From Hyalangium minutum (GTDB taxonomy: Bacteria > Myxococcota > Myxococcia > Myxococcales > Myxococcaceae), in assembly GCF_000737315.1 (NCBI RefSeq), contig NZ_JMCB01000005.1, forward strand, positions 20,001-268,000: a stretch of DNA of 248,000 nucleotides, read 5' to 3'. The translations under genes and the position numbers were made by a program. This document shows, one piece after another, positions 163,086-172,519 of this stretch. Under the pieces are notes generated by a model that saw only the letters and a list, made by a program, of their open reading frames with translations, was not told where the DNA came from and searched no databases. How positions within the stretch are numbered: the first letter of the stretch is position 1; each line of letters begins with the position of its first letter.

Positions 163086-163364
163086 ATGGCCAACGTCGCT
163101 GAAGCCACTTTCGAGATCATCAACGAGCTGGGGCTGCACGCCCGGGCAGCTGCACAGCTCGTCAAGGTGGCCAACCGGTTCAAGTGTGAGACGCTCATCG
163201 AGCACCAAGGTCAGCGGGCCAACGCCAAGTCCATCATGGGTGTGCTCATGTTGGCGGCGGGGCAGGGCTCCATGGTGAAGCTCTCCTGCAAGGGCGAGGA
163301 CGCGGACAAGTGTCTGGCGGAGATTGGCAAGCTGATTGCCGACCGCTTTGGAGAGGGCAAGTAG
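163086..163364 (+). CDS. ptsH: HPr phosphocarrier
   Basis: GLHARAA; NAKSIMG. Confidence 0.93.
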   Translation: MANVAEATFEIINELGLHARAAAQLVKVANRFKCETLIEHQGQRANAKSIMGVLMLAAGQGSMVKLSCKGEDADKCLAEIGKLIADRFGEGK

Positions 163365-163397
163365 CGCGGCAAGAGAGGATGAGGTGAACGAACGACC

Positions 163398-165164
163398 GTG
163401 AGCACACCAGGAACCCCCACGCTGAACTTGAAAGGCATCGGCGCCTCGCCGGGCGTCGCGGTGGGGCACGCGTTCATCCTGGATCGCAAGCGGGTGCGCA
163501 CCCCGAAGCTGCGGCTGGCTGAGGCCGAGGTGGAGCCCGAGCGCATGCGCATGCGCACGGCCCTGGAGCTGTCGGACCGGCAGCTGGCAGAGCTCAAGGA
163601 GCAAATCACCCGCTCCGAGGGGCATGACCACGCGCTCATCCTCGAGGCGCACCGGCTGATGCTCCTCGATCCGATGCTCGTGGATGAGGTGGACAAGCTC
163701 ATCGTCGAGGATCGCATCAACGCCGAGTGGGCGGTGCGGCGGGTGGCGCGCAAGCTCAAGCACCTGTTCGACAACATCCCGGACGAGTACTTCCGTGAGC
163801 GGCGCTCGGACGTGGACTACGTGGCGGACCGGGTGGTGCGCAACCTGATGGGGCAGGTGGTGGACGAGGAGGTGGAGATCCCCGCCGAGGCCATCGTGGT
163901 GGCGCACGACTTGTCGCCCTCGGACGCGGCGATGATGGCGCGCAGCGGGCGGGTGGCGGGCTTCGTCACGGACCTGGGCGGCCAGACGAGCCACACGGCC
164001 ATCGTGGCGCGCGCCCGGGAGACGCCCGCGGTGGTGGGCGCGGGGAAGGCGAGCGAGCAGATCTCCCCGGGAGACCTGGTGGCGCTGGACGGTGCCAGCG
164101 GCGTGATCCTGGTGAACCCGACGCCAGACCAGCTGGCGCTGTTCCGCGAGGCGCAGCGGGTGCAGCAGCAGAGCGAGCAACTGGCGCTGCGCACCAAGGA
164201 TCTGCCGGCCACGAGCGTGGACGGGTTCCGGATCCGGCTGAACGGGAACATGGAGTTCCTGGAGGAGATCCCCTCGCTGCTGGCGCACGGAGCGGAGGGG
164301 ATCGGCCTGTACCGCACGGAGTTCATGTTCCTGGACCGGAAGAACGTGCCCTCGGAGGAGGAGCACTACCGGGCGTACAAGCAGGTGCTGGAGGCGATGG
164401 GCGGGCGGCCGGTGACGATCCGCACGTTGGATCTGGGCGGGGACAAGGTCCCGAGCAAGGCGAAACACGAGAAGGAGCCGAACCCGGCGATGGGCCTGCG
164501 GGCCATCCGGTACTGCCTGGCGAACCGGGAGCTGTTCCGGACGCAGCTGCGGGCGCTGCTGCGGGCGAGCGCGCACGGGAACCTGCGGCTGATGTTCCCG
164601 CTGATCAGCGGCATGAGCGAGCTGCGCGAGGCGCGCTCGGAGCTGGAGGCGTGCCGCACGGAGCTGAGCCGGGCGGGAGTGCCCATGGGCAAGCGGTTCC
164701 CGGTGGGCATCATGGTGGAGACGCCGAGCGCGGCGCTCATTGCGGACCGGCTGGCGCAGGAGGCGGAGTTCTTCTCGGTGGGGACGAACGACCTCATCCA
164801 ATACACGCTGGCGATCGACCGCCAGAACCGGGAGGTCGCGTATCTCTACAAGCCGCTGCACCTCTCGGTGCTGCGCTCGATCCAGAACATCGTCGGGGCG
164901 GCGAAGGCGGCGGGGATTCCAGTGTCCATGTGCGGCGAGATGGGGGGAGACCCCATCTACGCGCTGGTGTTGTTGGCGCTGGGGTTCGACGAGCTGTCGA
165001 TGACGGCGGGGCAGATCCCGGTGGTGAAGAACATCCTGCGCAGCGCGAGCCGCGCGGAGGCGCAGGCCCTGCTCAACTCGGCCATGGAGCTGACGACGGC
165101 CGAGGAGATCGAGCGCTATATCCGCACGGAGATGGAGCGGCGCTTCATCTCCGCGGAGCCGTGA
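163398..165164 (+). CDS. ptsI: PTS enzyme I
   Basis: TSHTAI; GLYRTE; GTNDL; CGE. Confidence 0.95.
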   Translation: MSTPGTPTLNLKGIGASPGVAVGHAFILDRKRVRTPKLRLAEAEVEPERMRMRTALELSDRQLAELKEQITRSEGHDHALILEAHRLMLLDPMLVDEVDKLIVEDRINAEWAVRRVARKLKHLFDNIPDEYFRERRSDVDYVADRVVRNLMGQVVDEEVEIPAEAIVVAHDLSPSDAAMMARSGRVAGFVTDLGGQTSHTAIVARARETPAVVGAGKASEQISPGDLVALDGASGVILVNPTPDQLALFREAQRVQQQSEQLALRTKDLPATSVDGFRIRLNGNMEFLEEIPSLLAHGAEGIGLYRTEFMFLDRKNVPSEEEHYRAYKQVLEAMGGRPVTIRTLDLGGDKVPSKAKHEKEPNPAMGLRAIRYCLANRELFRTQLRALLRASAHGNLRLMFPLISGMSELREARSELEACRTELSRAGVPMGKRFPVGIMVETPSAALIADRLAQEAEFFSVGTNDLIQYTLAIDRQNREVAYLYKPLHLSVLRSIQNIVGAAKAAGIPVSMCGEMGGDPIYALVLLALGFDELSMTAGQIPVVKNILRSASRAEAQALLNSAMELTTAEEIERYIRTEMERRFISAEP

Positions 165165-165212
165165 ACCACGCGCCCACCCTGTTCATCCAGGATGGGCGCT
165201 GGGTGGGGGCTC

Positions 165213-165551
165213 TCAGCTCCCACACTTCAGGTTGCGGATATACGCGCAGGTATAGTGATAGGTGGTCCAGCTATTGGAGTCGCAGGAGTACACGTAGCAA
165301 TAGTCCGTGTAGTTGGGATTGGCGCAGTAGTAGTGGAACTGGGGCGAGATCGTGATGCAGGAGCTCGGCCATTCATCCACAACAGGATTGGTTCCACAGT
165401 AGTCAGTCGCACTGCTCGGGACCGAGCAGATGCCCTGCTTAACGGTGTTCACGTCCTGCTCATTCAGCGACTCCTGCTCCACGCCGCCACACCCTGTGAG
165501 CGCCAGCGCTGACAGCGCGACTCCCGCAACGACAGTCTTGATGAAATTCAA
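165213..165551 (-). CDS. small Cys/Tyr-rich lipoprotein
   Basis: AAGGAG RBS; LTGC; eight further Cys; low GC. Confidence 0.65.
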   Translation of the reverse strand: MNFIKTVVAGVALSALALTGCGGVEQESLNEQDVNTVKQGICSVPSSATDYCGTNPVVDEWPSSCITISPQFHYYCANPNYTDYCYVYSCDSNSWTTYHYTCAYIRNLKCGS

Positions 165552-165725
165552 TTGCAACTCCTTACAACGAGGGGAACGCTCCTAAAGAGCGGTGCAACCG
165601 TAAGGAAGTGCACGTTGCAAGGCAATAGCCGTCAGCAGCGGCCATGCCAGCTCAAGAATGTCTTTGCTCTTGCAACAGATTGCCAGGAACGGCCTGACGG
165701 GAAATCACCTCACCCGTGAGCCATC

Positions 165726-166160
165726 TCAAGGCGCGCCGCAGGCCAGCCACTGGCCCAGCTTCTCGCGCTCCTCCTGCGTGGGCTGATGAGGGATCGAAGC
165801 GGGCGGCATCTCCTTGTTCGTCGCGTTGGGGCCTGCGGCGGCGTGTGTGTCGATCATCGCGCGCTGACGCCGCACCTCGTCCAACGTGTCGAAGTCCACT
165901 CCCACGGTAGCACCCGCGCGCGCGGTGCCCGTGACGGACTTGCTGTGGCAGCTCAGGCAGTACGTCTGCATGAACGCCGTGCCGAAGTTCTGGGCACTGG
166001 GACCGTTCGAAGATGGGCACGTGGCGCCCGTGGCGGCGCCTCCGGGGTGATGCCCGTCCTCGTCTTCTCCGCCACCACACCCTCCGTTGTCTGCGTGCCC
166101 GAGGCACAGGTAGGCAGCGAGGGCGAGCGGACCAAGGCGATACAGGGAGCGGAAGGTCAT
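165726..166160 (-). CDS. mono-heme cytochrome c-like protein
   Basis: CLSCH; MPP; start approximate. Confidence 0.7.
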   Translation of the reverse strand: MTFRSLYRLGPLALAAYLCLGHADNGGCGGGEDEDGHHPGGAATGATCPSSNGPSAQNFGTAFMQTYCLSCHSKSVTGTARAGATVGVDFDTLDEVRRQRAMIDTHAAAGPNATNKEMPPASIPHQPTQEEREKLGQWLACGAP

Positions 166161-166392
166161 GGCAGGACTCGAAGGAAGGACAGCCACCGGGAGACGGGGC
166201 GCCAGGGCCACAATCCAGCAGGACGTTCCCTGCGGAGGTGTGGCGAAATGCCGCATGCTCGGGATTGGGGTTCTTCTTTACGAAGCAAGCGGCTCCCCTG
166301 TCGGAAATCCCCGGAGAGTTCGTACTCCGAGGCAGGTCATCGCCCCGGGAGGCTGGAGGTCCGCTGGCCTCCAGCGCTGTCGCTGCGTCCGC

Positions 166393-167514
166393 TCAGGGAG
166401 CGGCGTTGAACGGATCCGACAGACTCGGATCTGTGAGGAACGTGGGGTCGGTGAGAGACTCCAGGAACGCCAGGACGTCCTCCTTCTCCTGCGGCGTGAG
166501 GGTGAAGCCCCGCACGAACTCGCTCTGATAGGGGCTCGGGCCGGTGCCCTGGGCACCGGCCCGCCCTCCTGCCGCGTAGTGGTCCAGCACCTCGCTCAGT
166601 GTCGCGATAGAGCCATCGTGCATGTACGGCGCCGTGACGGCGATGTTGCGGAGCGTGGGAGAGCGGTAGCGCCCGGTGTCCTCCGACTTGCCAGTGAACT
166701 CGAGCAGCCCGGTGTCCGTGGCGGGATAACCTCCGTGTCCATCCACGTTGTAGAGGTTGGTGTTGTGGAAGGTGATCTCAGGGAACACCGTCTCCTTGCT
166801 CTTCACCGAGTCGCTGAACGCGAACCCCTGGTGGCAGTGGAAGCACTCCAGGCGCTCCGAGAAGAACAGCGTCATGCCCCGCTTGGCTGACAGGGACATT
166901 GCGTCCAGCTCGTTGCCGTACGTGTACCGGTCATAAGGAGAGCTCCCCGAGATCAGCGTGCGCTCGAAGGCCGCAATTGCCCGGACGATCGAGCTCAAGG
167001 AAATCGGCTGCTTCTCCTTCGGAAACGCAGCGGCGAAGAGCTTCGGGTACCGCGCGTCCTCCGAGAGCCGCTGCAGCAGCATCTCCTCCTGGCCCGCCAG
167101 CCCCAGCTCGATAGGGTGCTCGCCGAAGATGGGCACCAGGGCCTGGGCCTCGAGGTCCGGCAAGACGGGGTTGGCCCAGGTGAGGCTGGCGGCATAAGCC
167201 ACGTTGGCCAGGGACATGGAGTTGCGCCGGTGGGACTCGCCCGTGGAGCCGAGCGCCGTCGTCCGCCCATCCGAGAACGCGCGCTCCTGGAGGTGGCAGC
167301 TTCCGCACGCCTGGGTGCCATTGGCGGAGAGCCGCGTGTCATAGAAGAGGTGCCGCCCCAGCTCCACCTTGGCAGTGCTCATGGGGTTGTCAGCGGGCAC
167401 CGCCGGCTCGGGAAACCCGAGTGGCAGATTCCACTGGAAAGGCTCCTCCGCGTCTCCACAGGCCGTGCTCAACAGCAGCACCAAGCCCAGGCACCACCTC
167501 CGAGCGTCGCGCAT
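166393..167514 (-). CDS. MbnH-like di-heme enzyme
   Basis: CGSCH, CFHCH, PTLRNIA..PYMHDGS. Confidence 0.85.
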   Translation of the reverse strand: MRDARRWCLGLVLLLSTACGDAEEPFQWNLPLGFPEPAVPADNPMSTAKVELGRHLFYDTRLSANGTQACGSCHLQERAFSDGRTTALGSTGESHRRNSMSLANVAYAASLTWANPVLPDLEAQALVPIFGEHPIELGLAGQEEMLLQRLSEDARYPKLFAAAFPKEKQPISLSSIVRAIAAFERTLISGSSPYDRYTYGNELDAMSLSAKRGMTLFFSERLECFHCHQGFAFSDSVKSKETVFPEITFHNTNLYNVDGHGGYPATDTGLLEFTGKSEDTGRYRSPTLRNIAVTAPYMHDGSIATLSEVLDHYAAGGRAGAQGTGPSPYQSEFVRGFTLTPQEKEDVLAFLESLTDPTFLTDPSLSDPFNAAP

Positions 167515-167519
167515 GGCCG

Positions 167520-168389
167520 CTACTCCTTTCGGAAGAAGGTCTGAGCGCTCGGAGTCCCCTGAGCGCTGCCAAAGCCGAGCCCCAGCCGTTGGAAGATCGG
167601 AGCACAGTCCTCGTCCGTGCCCTCGGACATGCAGCCCGGCGCCGTCTGGGCCTGGTTCGTGTCCATGTTGGAGCCCGCGAACAGCGCGGCGACGTCCAGC
167701 ACCACACCGCTCGCTCCGGTGGGATCAAAGTTGGAGAGCTCCACGTCGAAGCGGTTGGGCCGCTGGCACGAGGTGACCTGGTTGGGGCCGGACGTCTGGC
167801 ACTCGGTGCTGCCCAGGTGGAGGTTGTGCCCGGTGGGCAGCCCCGAGGTGCGCCCGTCCAGGCGGATGAACTTGTAGCCCCCGGCCCAGCCCCAGAAGAG
167901 TGTGCTGACGTTGAAGGGCGCGCTGGCAATGGACGCGTCCTGGTGGTTCTTCTCGAAGGGCATGCCCACGGTGAAGCGCAGACCCACGTAGTTGCCTCTC
168001 GGAGCCGTGCCCACGATGCGGTCGTTCATCGCCTGGGTCCCGTTGGCGCACAGGCCCGTCTTGTCCTCGAAGTCGAGCAGCACCACCCCTTCCTTCTGCC
168101 AGGCTCCGTCGTCCGTCAGCGCCAGAGGCACTTCCTCGGAGGCCTGGTTGATCAGCCGCACGTTGTGCACGTAGAGCCGGAAGTCTTTGGGCTCGTAGGT
168201 GGTGCCCGTGGTCCCCAAGCCCGTGTACGTCTGCCCACAGGCGAAGGGTTGGGTGCCTACGCGGGGCTTGAAGGTAAGGGCCACGTCGATGGGGCCGTCA
168301 TCGGGATGATTGGGCTCGTCATCTCCACACCCGGAAGCCGCAAGAGCGGTGAGGACCAGCAGCAGGATTCTTTCGAGAGGGCGCGTCAC
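167520..168389 (-). CDS. MbnP-family copper-binding lipoprotein
   Basis: FWGWAGGYKF; HLGSTEC; CMS. Confidence 0.85.
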   Translation of the reverse strand: MTRPLERILLLVLTALAASGCGDDEPNHPDDGPIDVALTFKPRVGTQPFACGQTYTGLGTTGTTYEPKDFRLYVHNVRLINQASEEVPLALTDDGAWQKEGVVLLDFEDKTGLCANGTQAMNDRIVGTAPRGNYVGLRFTVGMPFEKNHQDASIASAPFNVSTLFWGWAGGYKFIRLDGRTSGLPTGHNLHLGSTECQTSGPNQVTSCQRPNRFDVELSNFDPTGASGVVLDVAALFAGSNMDTNQAQTAPGCMSEGTDEDCAPIFQRLGLGFGSAQGTPSAQTFFRKE

Positions 168390-168488
168390 GGTGTGGAACC
168401 TCCAAGCGGGATGGCTGTTGGCACAGCGGAAGGCGTGCGATTAGCAGCAGATCCTCGAGGGGCCCACGCGGCATGTTGCCGCAGGACT

Positions 168489-169217
168489 TCAGGGCGAGGC
168501 TACGACGGCAGTTGAGCTGGCGACATTGCGCAGCACTTGAGTCGCAGCATCCGAGGCCAACGCCGAGGTTCCATTCAGCCATTGATCATAGTGCAGGGTG
168601 AGCCACTGCTCGGACTCCAGCTGCTCCGCCGAGAGAGCGAGCGATTCGAGCGGCAGCTCCACGTTCATGACGCCCGAGCTCTCCAGCCGGAAAGGCTGGA
168701 GCGCGTCATCTCCCTGGGGACGTGCCCAGCCCTCCAGCACGAATGTCCGATCCTTCATGCTGCCATCCACAGGCAGGCCCTCGGCATCCGCATCCGCGGG
168801 CCCGAAGACGAGGTGGATGCGGCAATAGCGTCCCGGCGGCGGACGCAGGACCCCAAGCGTCAGAGGCTCTCCATCCGGCCGCTCCAGGCTGCTCACGGAA
168901 GGGGTTCCCAAGCGCAAGGGACTGGACGCGGTGTGAGCGTGCGCGGTGCCCACAGGGGACAGCTCTCGCAGCCAGCGCAGCGCGGTGGACTCGGGGCAGG
169001 GGATGAGCTCCACGCTGTTCACGGTGATGGAGGCCCGGGTCAGGGTGATCTGCTCTTGCCGATCGGTGGTGAAGTTCCGGGCCGTGCCTGTTGCCTTGGT
169101 GGCATTGGCGGCCTGGTGCGACAGCTTGAGCTGCAGTCGGATGCCCTCCTCGCGAGAGCCGCAGCCGGGCAGAGACAAGGAGACGAGGGCCGCGAGCAGG
169201 AAGGGGAGCTTCTTCAT
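168489..169217 (-). CDS. hypothetical lipoprotein
   Basis: LPGC; AHAH. Confidence 0.65.
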   Translation of the reverse strand: MKKLPFLLAALVSLSLPGCGSREEGIRLQLKLSHQAANATKATGTARNFTTDRQEQITLTRASITVNSVELIPCPESTALRWLRELSPVGTAHAHTASSPLRLGTPSVSSLERPDGEPLTLGVLRPPPGRYCRIHLVFGPADADAEGLPVDGSMKDRTFVLEGWARPQGDDALQPFRLESSGVMNVELPLESLALSAEQLESEQWLTLHYDQWLNGTSALASDAATQVLRNVASSTAVVASP

Positions 169218-170104
169218 AAGTCGAACGCCACGGCGGCCTGCACGATGGGCGTCTGCCGGACGCGGCCGCTCAAGAGGTTGAGGACAGGCGCTCGGACGCC
169301 GAGCTGCAGGACCATGTCCGTGGTGGGACTGAAGAGGAACTCGGGCGACAGGTAGCCGATGAACCCGCTGCCCTCCGTGTCGCGCTCACCCAAGAGGGTG
169401 CTGGCGCCTTCCAGGCGCGTATCCGCAGCGACCCTCAGTGCCCAGGAGGTGCTCGGCTGGAACTGCGCTGCCAGCGTGCTCCGCAGAGAGGCTCCGCTAC
169501 GGAAGCCCAGGCGTCCCTCGGTGGACACGGTACCGGTCGTGCTGACGACGAAGGACCAGGCCCCTTGGAATGTCGTGTAGGCCAGCCCCACGAACGGATC
169601 CACGGAGCCAGTGCCCAGCTGTGCATCGATCGAGAGAGGGGTCCCCTGTGCGTCCCGTAACGTGGGGGACGTGGGCAGCTCCGAGCCAACGAGCACCGAG
169701 AGGAGGTGATCCGGAGAGAACGCTCGATCGCGGAAGACGAAGAGCTTGGCGCTGACCTCCAGGTCTCCCGGCCCCAGCGCCTGCTCGCGCGTCAGGCTGA
169801 CGTCTCGCAGTGTCCGGGCCTGAAGGGGCAGGGTGGCGGACAACATGAGCCACGGCAGCGGCGCATAGGCCGCCGAGACGTCCACGCGCAGCTCTCGCAG
169901 GGTGACAGCATCCAGGGAGTCATCGCCCACGGTCTGGCCCCAGGCTCGGGTGACAGCCGCCACGCGCAGTCGTCCCGAGAAGGGCTGCTCCGTTCCCATC
170001 GTGGTGAGCGTGGGGTCTCCACAGGCACAGGAGGCACAGGCTCGTGCGGGCGAAGACAAGAGCAAGAGCGCCACCGGGAGCAGCGCGACACAGGACTTCC
170101 ACAT
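169214..170104 (-). CDS. outer-membrane beta-barrel (transporter family)
   Basis: CASCACGD after signal peptide; GTGS.D. Confidence 0.7.
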   Translation of the reverse strand: MWKSCVALLPVALLLLSSPARACASCACGDPTLTTMGTEQPFSGRLRVAAVTRAWGQTVGDDSLDAVTLRELRVDVSAAYAPLPWLMLSATLPLQARTLRDVSLTREQALGPGDLEVSAKLFVFRDRAFSPDHLLSVLVGSELPTSPTLRDAQGTPLSIDAQLGTGSVDPFVGLAYTTFQGAWSFVVSTTGTVSTEGRLGFRSGASLRSTLAAQFQPSTSWALRVAADTRLEGASTLLGERDTEGSGFIGYLSPEFLFSPTTDMVLQLGVRAPVLNLLSGRVRQTPIVQAAVAFDL

Positions 170105-170221
170105 GGTGCGCTGTACTCTACCGGTGGCTCGTCCCATGGTCCCTGCGGTGTGTTGTCGCGGTGACGAGAGCGCGGAGCGCGGCCCGAGGAAGAGAAGGGA
170201 CCGCGCTCCGGAGCGCAGGGT

Positions 170222-171040
170222 TCAAGCGGTGGTGCGCAGCGGGAACTGCCGCATCACGGCCTCGGTGAAGGTGCGCGCGCCCGTGTGTGCGCACACCTCG
170301 GAGATGGTCCCCTGGTCAACGATGGCGCCGGCGTGCATCAGCAGCACCCGGTCGCACAGGAACTCGGCATCGCTCAGCGAGCGGGTGGCCAGCAGCACCG
170401 CCTTGCCCGCGTCGCGCGCGGCCCGGATAGACATCAGCACGAAGTGGCTGCCCATCAAATCCAACGAGTGGGTGGGCTCGTCCAGGATGAGCGCCGGAGG
170501 ATCGTGCAGCAGCGCACGCGCCAGGTTGAGCCGCTGCTGTTGGTCGGGTTGCAACGTCGCGACGGGCAGATCCACGAACCGCTCCAGCTCGAAGGCGTTC
170601 ACCACCGCTTCGATGCGCGCCTCCAGCTCCAGCGGAGGCACGCCGTGCAGTTGGCCGCGCTGCTTGAGCAGCTCGCGAGGCGTGGGCCGGGTCGGCAGGT
170701 TGCAGTCACCGGCGGCGTAGCCCACCCGGTTTTTGATGCGGAACGGATCCATCAGGGTGCTCAGCCCCGCCACCACGCCCTCGCCTGAGGACGGCGTGAC
170801 GAACCCCGCCAGCATCTTCAGCAGCGTGGACTTCCCAGCGCCCCGAGGACCGATGATGCCCACCACCTCGCCGCGGGACACGGTGAACCGCACGTTCCGG
170901 ACTGAAGTGCCTCCCTGGACGTTCTTCGACAAATCCCTGGCTTCAATCACGATGCACGAACCCCCATTCAGCGAAGCCTCCACGGGCAAACCCCTGGCCG
171001 TGCCAACGCCTCGCTGTCGCGGCGCCGGAAGAATCCCTGT
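170222..171040 (-). CDS. ABC ATPase
   Basis: GPRGAGKS; LDEPT; start uncertain. Confidence 0.75.
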   Translation of the reverse strand, partial: TGILPAPRQRGVGTARGLPVEASLNGGSCIVIEARDLSKNVQGGTSVRNVRFTVSRGEVVGIIGPRGAGKSTLLKMLAGFVTPSSGEGVVAGLSTLMDPFRIKNRVGYAAGDCNLPTRPTPRELLKQRGQLHGVPPLELEARIEAVVNAFELERFVDLPVATLQPDQQQRLNLARALLHDPPALILDEPTHSLDLMGSHFVLMSIRAARDAGKAVLLATRSLSDAEFLCDRVLLMHAGAIVDQGTISEVCAHTGARTFTEAVMRQFPLRTTA

Positions 171041-171319
171041 CTTGATGGAGCGCCAGGGGCCGTCTGGCGACACTGCGACTTCTCGACGCCTCCCGGCATT
171101 CACCACCGGGTCCTTCTTCACCGCCGGGTGAGCACACGGCAGCGGGGGGGAGGGGACGAGCTGATCCGCCTCAGCATGCGAGCGCTGGTTCGCTCGCACG
171201 CTTCAGAGACAGTAACGGCGTGCATAAGGGGCGTCAATACGGGGTCCCACGCACGAATCCGACCTACCCAGGAAGAGCTGCCAGAGCGGCGCGCTCACCG
171301 GAAGGGAGGGGTGGGGCGC

Positions 171320-171829
171320 TCAGCTCTGAGGAGGAGAACGAGGTGCCTCGGGTTCTCGCTGTGAATCCTTCGCGATGCGGTGGCGCTTGCTGAAGCGCTC
171401 GATCCAGTGCTCCACGGGGCGCAAGCCCACGAGCACCACGAGCGCGAAGCCCACGGTCACGGAGGCGCCCAGGAAGAAGCCGAAGCCCGCCGCGAGGCCC
171501 ACGGAGGCCGTGAGCCAGAGGTTGGCGGCGGTGGTGAGCCCGTGCACGGAGGTGCCGTGGCGGAAGATGGCGCCGCCCCCCAGGAAGCCGATGCCCACGA
171601 CAATCTGGCTGGCGATGCGGGTCACGTCAGCCCGGATGAACGAGGGCTCAGCGCTGTCGACCGCCTGTCCCGCGGTGACGCTGACCAACGTGAAGAGGCA
171701 AGAGCCCAGGCTCACGAGCAGGTGCGTGCGCAGGCCGGCGGCATGCCCGCGCAGCTCCCGCTCCAGCCCGAGCAGCCCGCCCAGCACCAGGGCCAGCGCC
171801 AGGCGCGCGATGAGGGTGCGCTCGTCCAC
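171320..171829 (-). CDS. MgtC/SapB family
   Basis: AGLRTH; GIGFLGGG; GLTTAA. Confidence 0.88.
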   Translation of the reverse strand: MDERTLIARLALALVLGGLLGLERELRGHAAGLRTHLLVSLGSCLFTLVSVTAGQAVDSAEPSFIRADVTRIASQIVVGIGFLGGGAIFRHGTSVHGLTTAANLWLTASVGLAAGFGFFLGASVTVGFALVVLVGLRPVEHWIERFSKRHRIAKDSQREPEAPRSPPQS

Positions 171830-171835
171830 GGAGGG

Positions 171836-172432
171836 CTACTCTCCCAGCTCGATCTTCTCGTCGATGTCCTGATCGTTGAGCTTGGGCTTGGGCAGCGTGT
171901 CGAGCGTGGCCTGGAGCAGCTTGTACGTGGGGACGACGAAGGGCTCCACCTCGGGGCCGAACTGCTGCACGTACTGCGCGGTGCGCTCGCGGAACTTCTC
172001 GTCGCTCGCGCCCCAGCTGCCCGCGGCCTCGGCGCTCCAGACGTCCTCGCCGTCCACGCAGCGCATGAGCCGGGCCCTCACGGCCACGTCCGCGCCGTCC
172101 TGGGTGGCCGTCACCTGCGGATCCAGGTGGAGCACGCCCTCGATGCCCTCGACGCACTGGGCCTTCAGCGCCTCAGGGGTGGCGGGCTCGGCCAGGGTGA
172201 CGTTGGCCTTCACCAAGAAGTCCCGGTTCTGGTTGACGTACTGGCGGGCGATGAGGCTCCACAGCTCGCCCAGGGCCTGCTTGCCGGCGGGGAACGGCTG
172301 CGTCACCACCGCCAGGCGCTTCACCCGCTCCCTGTCCATCTGCTCGTAGTCGGGGCGCGTGAAGCTGTTCTTCACCGTGGCACAGGCGGCGAGCGTGGTC
172401 AGGCCCACCGCGAGCGCGAGTCGCTTCGTCAT
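171836..172432 (-). CDS. lipoprotein (MXAN_6521/LA_1396-like)
   Basis: LAAC; co-transcribed with MMPL. Confidence 0.65.
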   Translation of the reverse strand: MTKRLALAVGLTTLAACATVKNSFTRPDYEQMDRERVKRLAVVTQPFPAGKQALGELWSLIARQYVNQNRDFLVKANVTLAEPATPEALKAQCVEGIEGVLHLDPQVTATQDGADVAVRARLMRCVDGEDVWSAEAAGSWGASDEKFRERTAQYVQQFGPEVEPFVVPTYKLLQATLDTLPKPKLNDQDIDEKIELGE

Positions 172433-172519
172433 CGTCGTCTCCCTCTCCCAGCCCCTCCGGGAGGAGGGGCCTCGTTCATCATGGCCGGGGCGGTGAGCCC
172501 TGGAACCCCTGGCGCCGGC

